Sequence record: SRR31156797_647
Direction: 5' to 3' (one strand)
DNA: 51,355 bases
This document shows positions 28,195 through 38,349 of the stretch, piece by piece (position 1 is the stretch's first letter; every line of letters begins with the position of its first letter). Below the pieces are notes generated by a model. It made no database searches and had not been told where the DNA came from. It saw only the letters and a program-made list of their open reading frames with translations. A program made the position numbers and the translations under genes.

Positions 28195-31100
28195 TTATTT
28201 GGAAGGAATACTAATATAGAATGTGCTGCCTTTCTGAGGTATTGAATCTAACCAAATTTTTCCATTTAGTAGTTTAGTTAATTCTTTTGATATAGCTAAA
28301 CCAAGACCAGTTCCACTTAAAAATTGTGTGGATGCATCCTCAACCTGTATAAATCGTTTGAAGATTTTATTTTGATCTTCTAAAGGAATACCAACTCCTG
28401 TATCTTTTACAAAAAATAATAATTCTGAATGTTTTGTTTTTTTACAACCTAAGGTTATGCAGCCTTTTTCAGTGAATTTAAGAGCATTGTCAAGAAGATT
28501 TAAAAGAATTTGCTGTAATCTACCTTGATCTGTTATGATTTTGAGATTATTCAACTCATCTTTAAAATCTAGTATAAAATTTAAATGACTTTTTTGTTCT
28601 TCTTCAATCTGTTCTGAAAAATTGATGTAGATATCTTGTATAAAATCCTTTACTAAGAATTCTGATTTTGTAATAACTAGTTGACCAACTTCAATTTTAG
28701 AAACGTCAAGAATGTCACTAATTATTCTTAAAAGTTGTTTTCCATTTTTATGAATAATATTAATAAACTTATTCCTTTTTGATTCTTCCATTTCTTTTTG
28801 ATTAATAAGATCAGAAAAACCTATAATACTGTTTAAGGGAGTTCTTATTTCGTGACTCATATTAGCCAGAAAAGAAGATTTTAAACGATCACTTTCTTCA
28901 GCTTTTAATTTTGCTTCTATTAATTTTTGTTCATATTTTTTTAACTCTGTCACATCTTCAACAAATCCTTCAAGGTAGCTCGACTTATCATTTGTATCTT
29001 TTACAAAGCGTACATTTATATTACCTATCCAAACCTTGCCTGATCTATTTATAAATTTTTCAGCATAAGTAATAATTTTACCTTCTTCGAGTAATTTTTT
29101 AATCATAATTGCTCTACGTTCTGGTTCGAGATAGAATTCTTTAGTATTGCATTTACTGATGGCTTCATTTACATCTGAGAAACCTATCATTTTTGCAAAG
29201 GCTATATTGGCATTGATTAATTGTCCATCGAGTGTGGATTGGAAAATGCCTAGAACACTATCATTAAAAATAGCTTTGTATTTTTCTTCCGATAATTTTA
29301 ATTCTAGTTCGGCTTTTTTTACATGCGATATATCTCGAACAGATTCAATTGCTCCATAAATTTTTCCATTTTCATCTATTAAAGGTGATGCTGTTACACG
29401 AACTGTTGCTCCATTACCGCCGTATAAAGAAGGGACATATACTTCTCCCATAATGTATTGACCTTGTTGAGTAACATTTTGATATTTACTCTTTAATAAT
29501 GGATCATCATTTCCAATCAAATCAATAAGAATTGGTCTGCGCTCTCCATAGAAAGGAATAGAGTATTCAAAATTTCCCTTTCCAATAATTTTAGATTTGG
29601 GAATTTGAGTCATACTTTCAAGTGCTTTGTTCCAGGCAATTACTATTTTGTCTTTATTTATTACAAATGTGGCATCGGGAAGAAATTCAATTATATCGCT
29701 TAATTGTTTATGAGCTTTTATAACATCTTGTTCTGCTTTTTTTCGCTTTCGGATATCCGTAACAAATGATAGCACAAATTCTTTATTCTTAATATTTATC
29801 TTTCTTAACCTGACGGTAGCAGGAACAATTATACCCGCTTTATTCTTTAATTCCCATTCGAAATCAACGCAACCTTTAAGCATTGTTTCATTAATTTTTG
29901 CTAGAGCTTCTTCTTGGTTGTGTTTTGAACTACTTAAATCTTGAATACTTAAATTTCGAATTTGATCTTTAGAATATCCAAATAATTTTTCAGTGGTTTG
30001 ATTGACTTCTGTAATTTGACCTGATGGTTGATGTACAAATAATGCATCAGGAGAATGTTCTTTTAGCTGATTGAGGAAATAACTGATATTTTTTAAATCA
30101 CTATTTTTTTCAATAATCTGCTTCTCATATTTTTTTTGTTTTTTATTAATAAGGTCTAATTCTCTTGCCATATTGTTAAAGGCTTTTTCAAGAGAACCTA
30201 TTTCATCGTTCGTATTTACAGGGATTCTAAAATTAAAATTTTCTTTCCCGAACTCTTGAGCTCCAATTGTGAGGTTTTTTAATTTTGAAGTTAAGAGGTT
30301 AGATAGCCAAATTGCGATAAGGATTACAATAAAAATCATTATTACGGAGGCAAAACTTAAATTTTTAATTGTGCTTATTGAGAATTTATGTAGGATTTTT
30401 TTATTTTCTTTAAGATTAGATTGTAATATTTCTCCTTCTTTTTTTACCAAGTTATTTATCTGGATTTCCATTTTGGAGGCAGATTTATGAAATTCATTAA
30501 CATCTGCGCCAAGACAAACAATACCAAATCCTCTTGGAGAATTGCCATATTTCCCTGTAAAATAAGGTATGGGAGAAGCTGTCATTAATTTCCACTTACC
30601 ATCCCAAAAGTATTGATAGGATCCGAACCCTCCATCCTTCGTAATTTGGAATAAGCCATATCCTGTCCACATAGGTTCACGAGAGTATCGAATATCTAAA
30701 GCCATTTGACCTGAGTCAAGTCGTTGCTCCTTAGATGAAGCTTGAAAGTCTTCTGGCTCGTACCACTGAGGTACTGATTTAAGAAAAGTATATGCATCAG
30801 ATTCACCGGAACTTTTCCACTTGTCGTATAACTGTTGATGCATCCAAGGAGCTACTCTTCTTCCTGTTTGTGGATTAAACCCAGATATATAGTAATTTTT
30901 AGGATGTGCAATTAGTAAACCTTCAGGTCCCCATAAATAGCAATAATTTGCTGATTCAGAATTAGGAATATCCCTAATTTCTCCTTGTACAGGAGATGCA
31001 TAATCAGTAAATTCTTGAATGTGTCTAAAATCCAATGCTAAAGATATGTATCCAATTTTAATACCATTTTTATAATATGGAGTAATAAAACGAATGATTG

Positions 31101-31977
31101 CTTTATATCTTTTACCTAAAGGATTTTCAATGCCGGCAAATGCTGATTTTTCGGGATTAAATTTTATATCAATTTCATTTGTGTTTTTGATGTTATATTT
31201 TCCTCGAATTTGTGCTTTAACATAGGCACCTATTACATCACTAACATATATTTCGCCTTTTTTCAAGCTTTGAATCTTATCAAAATACCTTTCAGCTTTT
31301 ATATAGGTGTTTCGCGGATATTTTATATTTTTTAGATTCTTACTTAACGTACTATATTTTATTTCTTCGTGTCCAGATAGGTTAATAAAACTAATTTCTT
31401 TATAGATAGGAACTTGTTTATTCTGAATATTTGAAGATTGTTTACAACTATAATATTTACTGGTTTGTGGTAATGGAGCGCTTATAGAGATAGGTTTAAT
31501 AACTTCTTTATTTAAGGATTTCCAAATCCCATTTTTTTTGTCATAACTATACTTAGCGGGAATTCGTAAAGGTGAGGTGTTAACAGTTGCAAAATTTTTA
31601 AATGTGCTATATGCAATAGGGAGAGTAGTTAAAAGAATTATATCTTGATCTCTTTGGTATAAGAAATTTGCAATTTGCTTACCTATTTCTACTCCCTGGT
31701 TTTCAATATTATTTTGATATGTAGAATCAAGTGATGTGATACTCTCCTTAATGTATTCTGATGATGCATTTTTGAATGTGTTGTAGTGGTGTTTGTATAT
31801 TTTTTCAATATTTGGAATTAATCTTTTTTCCAAAGAAATAGCTCCATAAAAAGCAATAAACGCAATTATTGCGATTGGTATAACCTTAAGTATTATAAAA
31901 AGAACTATGAGTTTGGATTTAATCTTGAAAGAATTAATCCAACTAAAAAAGTTAGTAAAACTTTTAAATGGTGACAT
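28195..31977 (-). CDS. sensor histidine kinase: large extracytoplasmic (Cache-like) domain, HAMP, three PAS, HisKA, HATPase
   Basis: Two TM segments; DEIGSLEKAFNNM (HAMP); PAS motifs; FLANMSHEIRTPL; NALKFT, DTGVGI, GTGLGL. Confidence 0.92.
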   Translation of the reverse strand: MSPFKSFTNFFSWINSFKIKSKLIVLFIILKVIPIAIIAFIAFYGAISLEKRLIPNIEKIYKHHYNTFKNASSEYIKESITSLDSTYQNNIENQGVEIGKQIANFLYQRDQDIILLTTLPIAYSTFKNFATVNTSPLRIPAKYSYDKKNGIWKSLNKEVIKPISISAPLPQTSKYYSCKQSSNIQNKQVPIYKEISFINLSGHEEIKYSTLSKNLKNIKYPRNTYIKAERYFDKIQSLKKGEIYVSDVIGAYVKAQIRGKYNIKNTNEIDIKFNPEKSAFAGIENPLGKRYKAIIRFITPYYKNGIKIGYISLALDFRHIQEFTDYASPVQGEIRDIPNSESANYCYLWGPEGLLIAHPKNYYISGFNPQTGRRVAPWMHQQLYDKWKSSGESDAYTFLKSVPQWYEPEDFQASSKEQRLDSGQMALDIRYSREPMWTGYGLFQITKDGGFGSYQYFWDGKWKLMTASPIPYFTGKYGNSPRGFGIVCLGADVNEFHKSASKMEIQINNLVKKEGEILQSNLKENKKILHKFSISTIKNLSFASVIMIFIVILIAIWLSNLLTSKLKNLTIGAQEFGKENFNFRIPVNTNDEIGSLEKAFNNMARELDLINKKQKKYEKQIIEKNSDLKNISYFLNQLKEHSPDALFVHQPSGQITEVNQTTEKLFGYSKDQIRNLSIQDLSSSKHNQEEALAKINETMLKGCVDFEWELKNKAGIIVPATVRLRKINIKNKEFVLSFVTDIRKRKKAEQDVIKAHKQLSDIIEFLPDATFVINKDKIVIAWNKALESMTQIPKSKIIGKGNFEYSIPFYGERRPILIDLIGNDDPLLKSKYQNVTQQGQYIMGEVYVPSLYGGNGATVRVTASPLIDENGKIYGAIESVRDISHVKKAELELKLSEEKYKAIFNDSVLGIFQSTLDGQLINANIAFAKMIGFSDVNEAISKCNTKEFYLEPERRAIMIKKLLEEGKIITYAEKFINRSGKVWIGNINVRFVKDTNDKSSYLEGFVEDVTELKKYEQKLIEAKLKAEESDRLKSSFLANMSHEIRTPLNSIIGFSDLINQKEMEESKRNKFINIIHKNGKQLLRIISDILDVSKIEVGQLVITKSEFLVKDFIQDIYINFSEQIEEEQKSHLNFILDFKDELNNLKIITDQGRLQQILLNLLDNALKFTEKGCITLGCKKTKHSELLFFVKDTGVGIPLEDQNKIFKRFIQVEDASTQFLSGTGLGLAISKELTKLLNGKIWLDSIPQKGSTFYISIPSK

Positions 31978-32095
31978 AGGGGATTAAATAAATTGTATAT
32001 GATACTATTAATATACAATTATTAATCTATGATTTCAACCTAACGAACAATGTTATTCTGGTCAACATGTAGTGGGTTACTATCATGAAAGTCAT

Positions 32096-32123
32096 AAAAA
32101 AAAGCCCGATAAGGGCTTTTTTT
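32096..32123 (-). terminator. intrinsic terminator after the DEAD-box gene (symmetrical)
   Basis: A8-GCCC-GATAA-GGGC-T7. Confidence 0.75.
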
Positions 32124-33453
32124 ATTTTTTCTTAAATTTATTTTGTTTTTTCCGGTTTCTCTTTTGAGCTTCCAACTGTTTTAGTCTACCTTTCGAACCA
32201 GAAGGAGTTTTCATGTTTTTAGCCTTTTTCTGATGAAAAGCTCCAGTATCTCTACTAATGGTATTTTTTACCTTAATATTTCTGGTTTGTTTCTTTTCAT
32301 CTTCTAATAGTTGAGAAGTAATTTCTACATCCAATGGAACAGATTCAAGAGAAACTGGTTGTTGAATCAAATCCTCAATTTTTTCCATTAATTCTTCTTC
32401 AACCTCATTCACAAAACTAATTGCAGTACCTTCTTTTTCGGCACGACCAGTTCTACCAACACGGTGAACATACTCCACATAGTTAGTTGGAATATCAAAG
32501 TTGATAACATGACTTACATTTTCGATATCGATACCACGAGCTGCAACATCCGATGCTACCATTACTCTTGCACGTCCTTCTTTAAAAGCATTCAGTGCAT
32601 TGATACGAGTGTTTTGCGCTTTATTGGAGTGAATTACACTCAAGTCTTCACCTAAAATATTCTCTAAGCGCTCAACAATTCTGTCGGCATTCTTTTTTGT
32701 TTCGGTAAAAACCATCACTTTATTAAATACCTCTTTATCTTCCAAAAGATATTTTAGCAAGTTAATCTTACTTAAAATATTAGGTGCATGATATTGTTGC
32801 TGATGAATATTTTTAACTGTTGTAGCCTGCGGTGCCACTTCAATTCTTTCAGGATTAACAAGGAAATCCTCCGATAGCTTGGCAACTGTATCCGAAAAAG
32901 TTGCTGAGAACAAAAGGTTCTGGTGTTTTTCCGGAAGAACTTCAAAAATGGCATTTAGCTGTGGCATAAAACCCAAGTCCATCATTTTATCGGCTTCATC
33001 AATTACCAATGTTTTGATAAAGGTAAATTTCAGAACTCTGGTCATGTAAATATCCATTAAACGACCAGGAGTAGCTACCAATATATCAACACCATCGTAC
33101 ACTTTTTCTTTTTGAGTATTGATATTTACACCACCGTATACACCTAATGCACGAATATTTATATATGGTGTTAATAACTCAATTGTTTCGCAAACTTGTA
33201 AAACTAATTCTCGAGTAGGAACAACAATTAAGGCACGTGGATCCATTCCTTTTGCATAACCAAGCTTCATTAAGATTGGCATAAGATAGGCGAGAGTTTT
33301 TCCGGTTCCTGTTTGGGCAATTCCAATAATATCTTTACCTGATCGAACAGGGGAAAACACTTCATGCTGGATATCAGTAGGTTTGTCGAAACCTGCCTCG
33401 TCCAGAGCCATTTTAATTTGCTTGCTTAATTTGATGTCGTCGAATGATATCAT
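32122..33453 (-). CDS. DEAD-box RNA helicase (RhlE-like)
   Basis: AQTGTGKT, PTREL, TPGRL, DEAD, SAT, ARGID and HRVGRTGR motifs. Confidence 0.96.
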   Translation of the reverse strand: MISFDDIKLSKQIKMALDEAGFDKPTDIQHEVFSPVRSGKDIIGIAQTGTGKTLAYLMPILMKLGYAKGMDPRALIVVPTRELVLQVCETIELLTPYINIRALGVYGGVNINTQKEKVYDGVDILVATPGRLMDIYMTRVLKFTFIKTLVIDEADKMMDLGFMPQLNAIFEVLPEKHQNLLFSATFSDTVAKLSEDFLVNPERIEVAPQATTVKNIHQQQYHAPNILSKINLLKYLLEDKEVFNKVMVFTETKKNADRIVERLENILGEDLSVIHSNKAQNTRINALNAFKEGRARVMVASDVAARGIDIENVSHVINFDIPTNYVEYVHRVGRTGRAEKEGTAISFVNEVEEELMEKIEDLIQQPVSLESVPLDVEITSQLLEDEKKQTRNIKVKNTISRDTGAFHQKKAKNMKTPSGSKGRLKQLEAQKRNRKKQNKFKKK

Positions 33454-33543
33454 CGTGGTACTTTTTTGAAAATTTCAGCAAAAATACGTAAAATAAGTCA
33501 ATGAGATAGAGTTGAATTGATTTTTCATTGATTTTAGAAATTA

Positions 33544-34068
33544 TTATTTCCAGATTAAACCTATTTCTTCCTTTAATGCCTCAATGGCTTTATCAATTGC
33601 GGAATTTTGAAATTGCATATGTGACTCAATAACAGCCTTGCTTAAACCTAATGATGCATCAGTTGGAATTAATTGTAAGGCTTCGGCATTAATTAGTTGA
33701 ATCATACTTTCTTTTGCATCTTTTAATAACACCCAAAGTTTAGGTGATATGTAGATTTGCTGAGAAAGGTTGTGTTCAAATTCCGTGCGAATAGAATTGA
33801 TCAATTTATGTTGAAATTGTTGATTGTTTAACCCATTTTCATTTTCACGGATGATAAGAGATTCAGGATGAATTCTCTCCAAAAAAATAATTAAACGCTC
33901 GTAAGCTTGCAATCTAATAGGTGTAATTTCTTTTTGATTAGCCAAATAGATATCAAATTTTTGTTTTTTCTCCTCTCGCTTTAAAAACTCACGAATTACA
34001 AGATATGCTGCCATAAAAACAACAAGCGATGGTAGAATGTACTTACTTATTTCCAGAAAGTCCTTCAT
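33544..34068 (-). CDS. conserved Bacteroidota membrane-anchored hypothetical protein
   Basis: N-terminal TM; LQAYERL...LERI and IRTEFEHNLSQQIY segments. Confidence 0.75.
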   Translation of the reverse strand: MKDFLEISKYILPSLVVFMAAYLVIREFLKREEKKQKFDIYLANQKEITPIRLQAYERLIIFLERIHPESLIIRENENGLNNQQFQHKLINSIRTEFEHNLSQQIYISPKLWVLLKDAKESMIQLINAEALQLIPTDASLGLSKAVIESHMQFQNSAIDKAIEALKEEIGLIWK

Positions 34069-34246
34069 TTTTTATACTTAGGTTTAGAATTTTTACTTTT
34101 TATAAGTTCCTCGAATGTTTAAAAACAGTATCTTTACACTTGGTAAGCAAAAAAATGATAATTAGAACCACTCATTTTGTTTACACGGGGGAAAATATCT
34201 AACAAAAGTATTAACCAATTTTTTAAATCCCTAAATTAAATTTAGA

Positions 34247-35440
34247 ATGTTGAAAGTTTCGGACCGAATTGCAGCAATGGAAATATCTCCAACTCTTGCA
34301 ATGTCACAGAAAAGTAGAGAAATGAAAGCTCAGGGGATTGATGTTATCAATCTGAGTGTAGGTGAACCGGATTTTAATACCCCTGACCACGTAAAGAAAG
34401 CGGCTCAACAGGCGATTGAGGATAATTATTCGCACTATTCACCAGTTCCTGGCTTTGTAGAATTACGTCAGGCGGTTGTTAATAAATTAAAAAGAGAGAA
34501 TAATCTTGATTTTACTGTAGATCAAATAGTTGTTTCAAATGGTGCAAAACAATCTATTGCAAATGCGATGATGAGTGTAGTGAATAAGGGTGATGAGGTG
34601 ATAATTCCTTCTCCTTTTTGGGTTAGCTACAGCGAGATTGTAAAATTGGCAGAAGGAACTGCTGTATACGTACCAGCTAATTTAGATCAGGATTTTAAAA
34701 TCACTCCTGCACAATTGGAAAATGCCATTACAGCAAATACTAAAGCATTTTTGTTTAGTTCACCAAGTAATCCAACAGGAAGCTTATATTCTAAGGAGGA
34801 GCTGAAAGCCTTGGTCGATGTATTTGTAAAATATCCAGATATTGTAATCATGTCCGATGAAATTTATGAACACATCAACTATGTTGGAGCGCACGAAAGT
34901 ATTGCTCAATTTGCAGAAATTAAAGATCGTGTGGTTGTTATTAATGGTGTTTCGAAAGGTTATGCCATGACTGGATGGAGAATTGGTTATATCGCTGCTC
35001 CAATATGGATCGCTAAAGCATGTGGGAAACTTCAGGGGCAAATGACATCTGGAGCATCTTCGGTTGCACAAATGGCATCGGTAGCAGCTTTGGAAGGTGA
35101 TCAGTCAACAACGGTTTCCATGCGAAAAGCTTTTCATAAAAGAAGAGATTTGGCACTTGCGCAACTTAAGGAAATACCTGGTTTCGAGATTCGAGAGCCT
35201 AAAGGAGCATTTTACTTGTTTCCACAGGTAAGTGAATTGTTTGGTAAGTCGAATGGTAGTCTAACTATTAACTCTTCAACTGATCTTAGTTTGTATCTTT
35301 TAGAGCAGGCAAATGTGGCAACAGTAACAGGGGAAGCTTTCGGAGCACCTGAATGTTTGCGCTTGTCATATGCTACCAGCGAAGAACAAATGGCGGAAGC
35401 TATCAGAAGAATTAAAGCAGCTATTGAAAAATTAAAATAA
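34247..35440 (+). CDS. aspC: aspartate aminotransferase (class I PLP enzyme)
   Basis: GEPDF, SPSNPTG, DEIY and SKGYAMTGWRIG motifs. Confidence 0.88.
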   Translation: MLKVSDRIAAMEISPTLAMSQKSREMKAQGIDVINLSVGEPDFNTPDHVKKAAQQAIEDNYSHYSPVPGFVELRQAVVNKLKRENNLDFTVDQIVVSNGAKQSIANAMMSVVNKGDEVIIPSPFWVSYSEIVKLAEGTAVYVPANLDQDFKITPAQLENAITANTKAFLFSSPSNPTGSLYSKEELKALVDVFVKYPDIVIMSDEIYEHINYVGAHESIAQFAEIKDRVVVINGVSKGYAMTGWRIGYIAAPIWIAKACGKLQGQMTSGASSVAQMASVAALEGDQSTTVSMRKAFHKRRDLALAQLKEIPGFEIREPKGAFYLFPQVSELFGKSNGSLTINSSTDLSLYLLEQANVATVTGEAFGAPECLRLSYATSEEQMAEAIRRIKAAIEKLK

Positions 35441-35463
35441 GAATATTATTAATATCATATTTG

Positions 35464-35495
35464 AAACCGTCATGACAATCATGACGGTTTTTTTT
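35464..35495 (+). terminator. intrinsic terminator
   Basis: AAACCGTCATGA-CAA-TCATGACGGTTT plus a T run. Confidence 0.88.
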
Positions 35496-35608
35496 GTTAA
35501 AAACTGTTAAGCGTAAAACTTAATATACGTGATTGATTTATAAGAGGTGTCATAATACTGAAGAGATGGAAATTTTGACAGGGAGAGGATAACTTTAAAA
35601 TCAAAATC

Positions 35609-36232
35609 ATGAAAACCAAATTGTCATTTTTACTTTTTTGTGGATTATTTATCCATACATTGACCACCTCAGCACAGTATTCCAATATCAAGCCTCTTGA
35701 AAATTCAAATGAAAATTTTCAGCGGACATCCAAATTCGAGATCGGATTTCATTACGGACCAGCGTGGACGTCAGAAGATGTGAAAGAATTTGCGAAGAAT
35801 GGTGGGGCATTTAGTCTTGATTTGGGTGTGAATAGTGGAACTTTTTATTTTGGAACCGAATTGACGTTTACCTCCTGGACCGATTTTGTTGATTCACAAG
35901 ATGCAGAAGAATTGAATTTTGAGGAGTCGAATTTTTTATGGTTGGTTCATACAAAACTGTTCCTTGGAGAAGGAAAAGTAAAGCCATACCTGGGAATTGG
36001 AACGGATTTAATCAGTCTTGGTGAAGCTATTTTAGATAGTGAAGATGATGATTGTTATCACAATTCTTATCATTGTGCTTGTGATGATGAACCAAATTAT
36101 AATGCATGGTTTGTTCCAAGTTTTGGAATTCGATTTGCCATGGGACCAGATGTTTCTGGTAATATCGGTTTTAGCGTGAATTCTTCGCGTGATTATACTT
36201 TTACAAGATTACAGATTGGTATTGTTTTTTAA
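35609..36232 (+). CDS. small outer-membrane beta-barrel protein (paralog 1)
   Basis: Signal peptide, alternating beta strands, VKPYLGIG, C-terminal LQIGIVF. Confidence 0.75.
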   Translation: MKTKLSFLLFCGLFIHTLTTSAQYSNIKPLENSNENFQRTSKFEIGFHYGPAWTSEDVKEFAKNGGAFSLDLGVNSGTFYFGTELTFTSWTDFVDSQDAEELNFEESNFLWLVHTKLFLGEGKVKPYLGIGTDLISLGEAILDSEDDDCYHNSYHCACDDEPNYNAWFVPSFGIRFAMGPDVSGNIGFSVNSSRDYTFTRLQIGIVF

Positions 36233-36242
36233 TCCTTGGACT

Positions 36243-36887
36243 ATGCAATACAAAAGAACAGTACTTCTTCTGGTTTTCATGTTCCTATTTTCTTTGTTAT
36301 CGAAATCGCAAGAGAAATATTATCAGTATTCAAAACCAACACACAAAGATAAAGTGAATTTGGATTTGATAACAGAGTTTGAAATCGGTTTTCATGCAGG
36401 AAAAAATTGGACTTTAGGTTCCACAAATAATATTGCGAAAACAGGACAGGTTTACAGTATATATTTAGGCTGGAATAATTCTAAGTTTTATGGAGGAACA
36501 GAATTCAGTTTGAAATTTTGGGATGAAATTATCAGTGATAAAAAAGCGAATGAGGTGGATTTTAATCAGAAACAGTTATTGTGGCTTGTACACATGAAAT
36601 GGTATATAACCAAAGGAGATGTGCAACCATTTTTAGGAGTTGGAACTGATATGTTGACAATTCTAGAAGGAATCATCAAACCAAAAGATGATGAAAACGA
36701 AAATTATCATAGAAATCTTGATGAAGATCGATTCTTAAATTACAATGCTTGGTTTGTTCCTACTGTTGGGGTACGGATTAAGTTAAAGGACAAATTTTTT
36801 ACTAATATTACTTATGCCTTGGATCATTCCGATAATTATGATTCCATGCGATTGCAAATAGGAATTTCATATCAACCACAGTTTTAG
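36243..36887 (+). CDS. small outer-membrane beta-barrel protein (paralog 2)
   Basis: Signal peptide from ATG 36243; shares FEIGFH, GTE, LWLVH, GTD, NYNAWFVP and RLQIGI with paralog 1. Confidence 0.75.
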   Translation: MQYKRTVLLLVFMFLFSLLSKSQEKYYQYSKPTHKDKVNLDLITEFEIGFHAGKNWTLGSTNNIAKTGQVYSIYLGWNNSKFYGGTEFSLKFWDEIISDKKANEVDFNQKQLLWLVHMKWYITKGDVQPFLGVGTDMLTILEGIIKPKDDENENYHRNLDEDRFLNYNAWFVPTVGVRIKLKDKFFTNITYALDHSDNYDSMRLQIGISYQPQF

Positions 36888-36891
36888 ATAT

Positions 36892-36922
36892 AAAAAAACT
36901 CCCCCAAATTTGGAGGAGTTTT
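36892..36922. terminator. bidirectional terminator between convergent genes
   Basis: A7-CTCCCCCAAATTTGGAGGAG-T4. Confidence 0.75.
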
Positions 36923-36944
36923 AAGTATATATGTAATAAGAATT

Positions 36945-38144
36945 TTACTTGTACAATTCTTTTAAACGATTTGCCATTCCTTCGGCAAGTGCTGCACACT
37001 GGTCGAAATTTTCGCTGTTTGGAGCACAAAGAGCTTCCGGTGTAGCTTCAATGGTTTCCCATTTAATTGCTTCAGCAAATTTATTCAATCGCTTAAGACC
37101 TCCGCCTCCCCACGATTTTGAACCAAACACACCAAGAACGTGATCTTTAACGCCCATATGTTCCAATTCATTAATTAAAGTCTCCATGGTTGGGAAAACA
37201 TCTCCGTTATATGCACAACTTCCTAAAATTACACCTCTAAATCTAAAGATATCATTAATGATATAAGATGGGTGTGTTTTAGAAGAATCGTGAATACGAA
37301 TTTTTTTGATGCCTCTTTTTACCAATTGGCGAGCGATATTGTCTGCCATCTTTTCAGTATTTCCATACATCGAAGAATAAACAATAACACAACCTTCATC
37401 GGTTTTGTACTGGCTCCACTTGTCATATTTAGCAACAATATCAGCAATGTGTGTTCTCCAGATTGGACCGTGAGTAGCACAAATCATTTTGATATCTAAA
37501 CCACCTAGTTTCTTAAGTGCATTTTGAGTTGGACGACCATATTTTCCTACAATATTTGAGTAATAACGGCTAATCTCTTCTTCAAGGTAATCTAAATCTA
37601 ATTCATCATCGAAAATACCACCATCAAGAGTACCGAAAGCACCAAACGCATCACCAGAGAAAAGAATTCCATTGTTCGATTCGAAAGTTACCATGGTTTC
37701 TGGCCAGTGTAACATTGGAACCATATGGAAATTTAACATGTGTTCTCCCAAATTTATTTGATCTCCTTCTCTTACTTCCAAAAGGTTTGCTTTAATTCCG
37801 TAGAAACGTTCTAACATTGGGAATGTTTTTTTGTTTCCAACGATTTGCATTTCCGGGTAGCGCTCAACCAAAGAACGAATCGATCCGGAGTGATCTGGCT
37901 CCATGTGATTCACAATTAGGTAATCTGCCTTACGTCCATCAAGAACTTCTTCGATATTATCTAAATATTCATCCATTGTACCTTTTTCAACAGTATCTAC
38001 AATGGCAACTTTTTCATCAACGATAACATACGAGTTGTAGGCAACTCCTTTAGGTAGTGGCCAGTAGTTCTCAAAAATGTGGGTTCTACGGTCATTTGTT
38101 CCTACCCAAAAAATCTTGTCAGTAATGTTGGTTTTGTTGTGCAT
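36945..38144 (-). CDS. fprA: flavodiiron protein (A-type flavoprotein, NO/O2 reductase family)
   Basis: HMEPDH, HWPE, SGDAFG and HGPIW diiron motifs; SMYGNT flavodoxin loop. Confidence 0.95.
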   Translation of the reverse strand: MHNKTNITDKIFWVGTNDRRTHIFENYWPLPKGVAYNSYVIVDEKVAIVDTVEKGTMDEYLDNIEEVLDGRKADYLIVNHMEPDHSGSIRSLVERYPEMQIVGNKKTFPMLERFYGIKANLLEVREGDQINLGEHMLNFHMVPMLHWPETMVTFESNNGILFSGDAFGAFGTLDGGIFDDELDLDYLEEEISRYYSNIVGKYGRPTQNALKKLGGLDIKMICATHGPIWRTHIADIVAKYDKWSQYKTDEGCVIVYSSMYGNTEKMADNIARQLVKRGIKKIRIHDSSKTHPSYIINDIFRFRGVILGSCAYNGDVFPTMETLINELEHMGVKDHVLGVFGSKSWGGGGLKRLNKFAEAIKWETIEATPEALCAPNSENFDQCAALAEGMANRLKELYK

Positions 38145-38287
38145 TCTTTATGATTTTGAATATTTTGCATTTTCAGACTTTAAATTCTCTTTGTATCGCT
38201 CAACTTTGAGTAAAACAAAAAGTTGAAAGACAGAATAAGCAATTTGATCAGCAAAGTCAAATTTGATTAGCCTTGTTTTTCAGCCCA

Positions 38288-38295
38288 CAAAATTA
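38288..38295 (-). promoter_or_regulatory. -7 promoter element (TAATTTTG) for fprA
   Basis: TAnnTTTG match about 140 nt upstream of the ATG. Confidence 0.45.
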
Positions 38296-38349
38296 AGAAT
38301 AAATTTTTTTCTGAAATGCTTTAGTAACATCTTCTTTCAAAAAAATGAT

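Noticed and set aside
38323-38338. HcpR-type site upstream of fprA
   Set aside because: Only a GTAAC half-site is present; the other half does not match and the spacing differs from the 43890 site.
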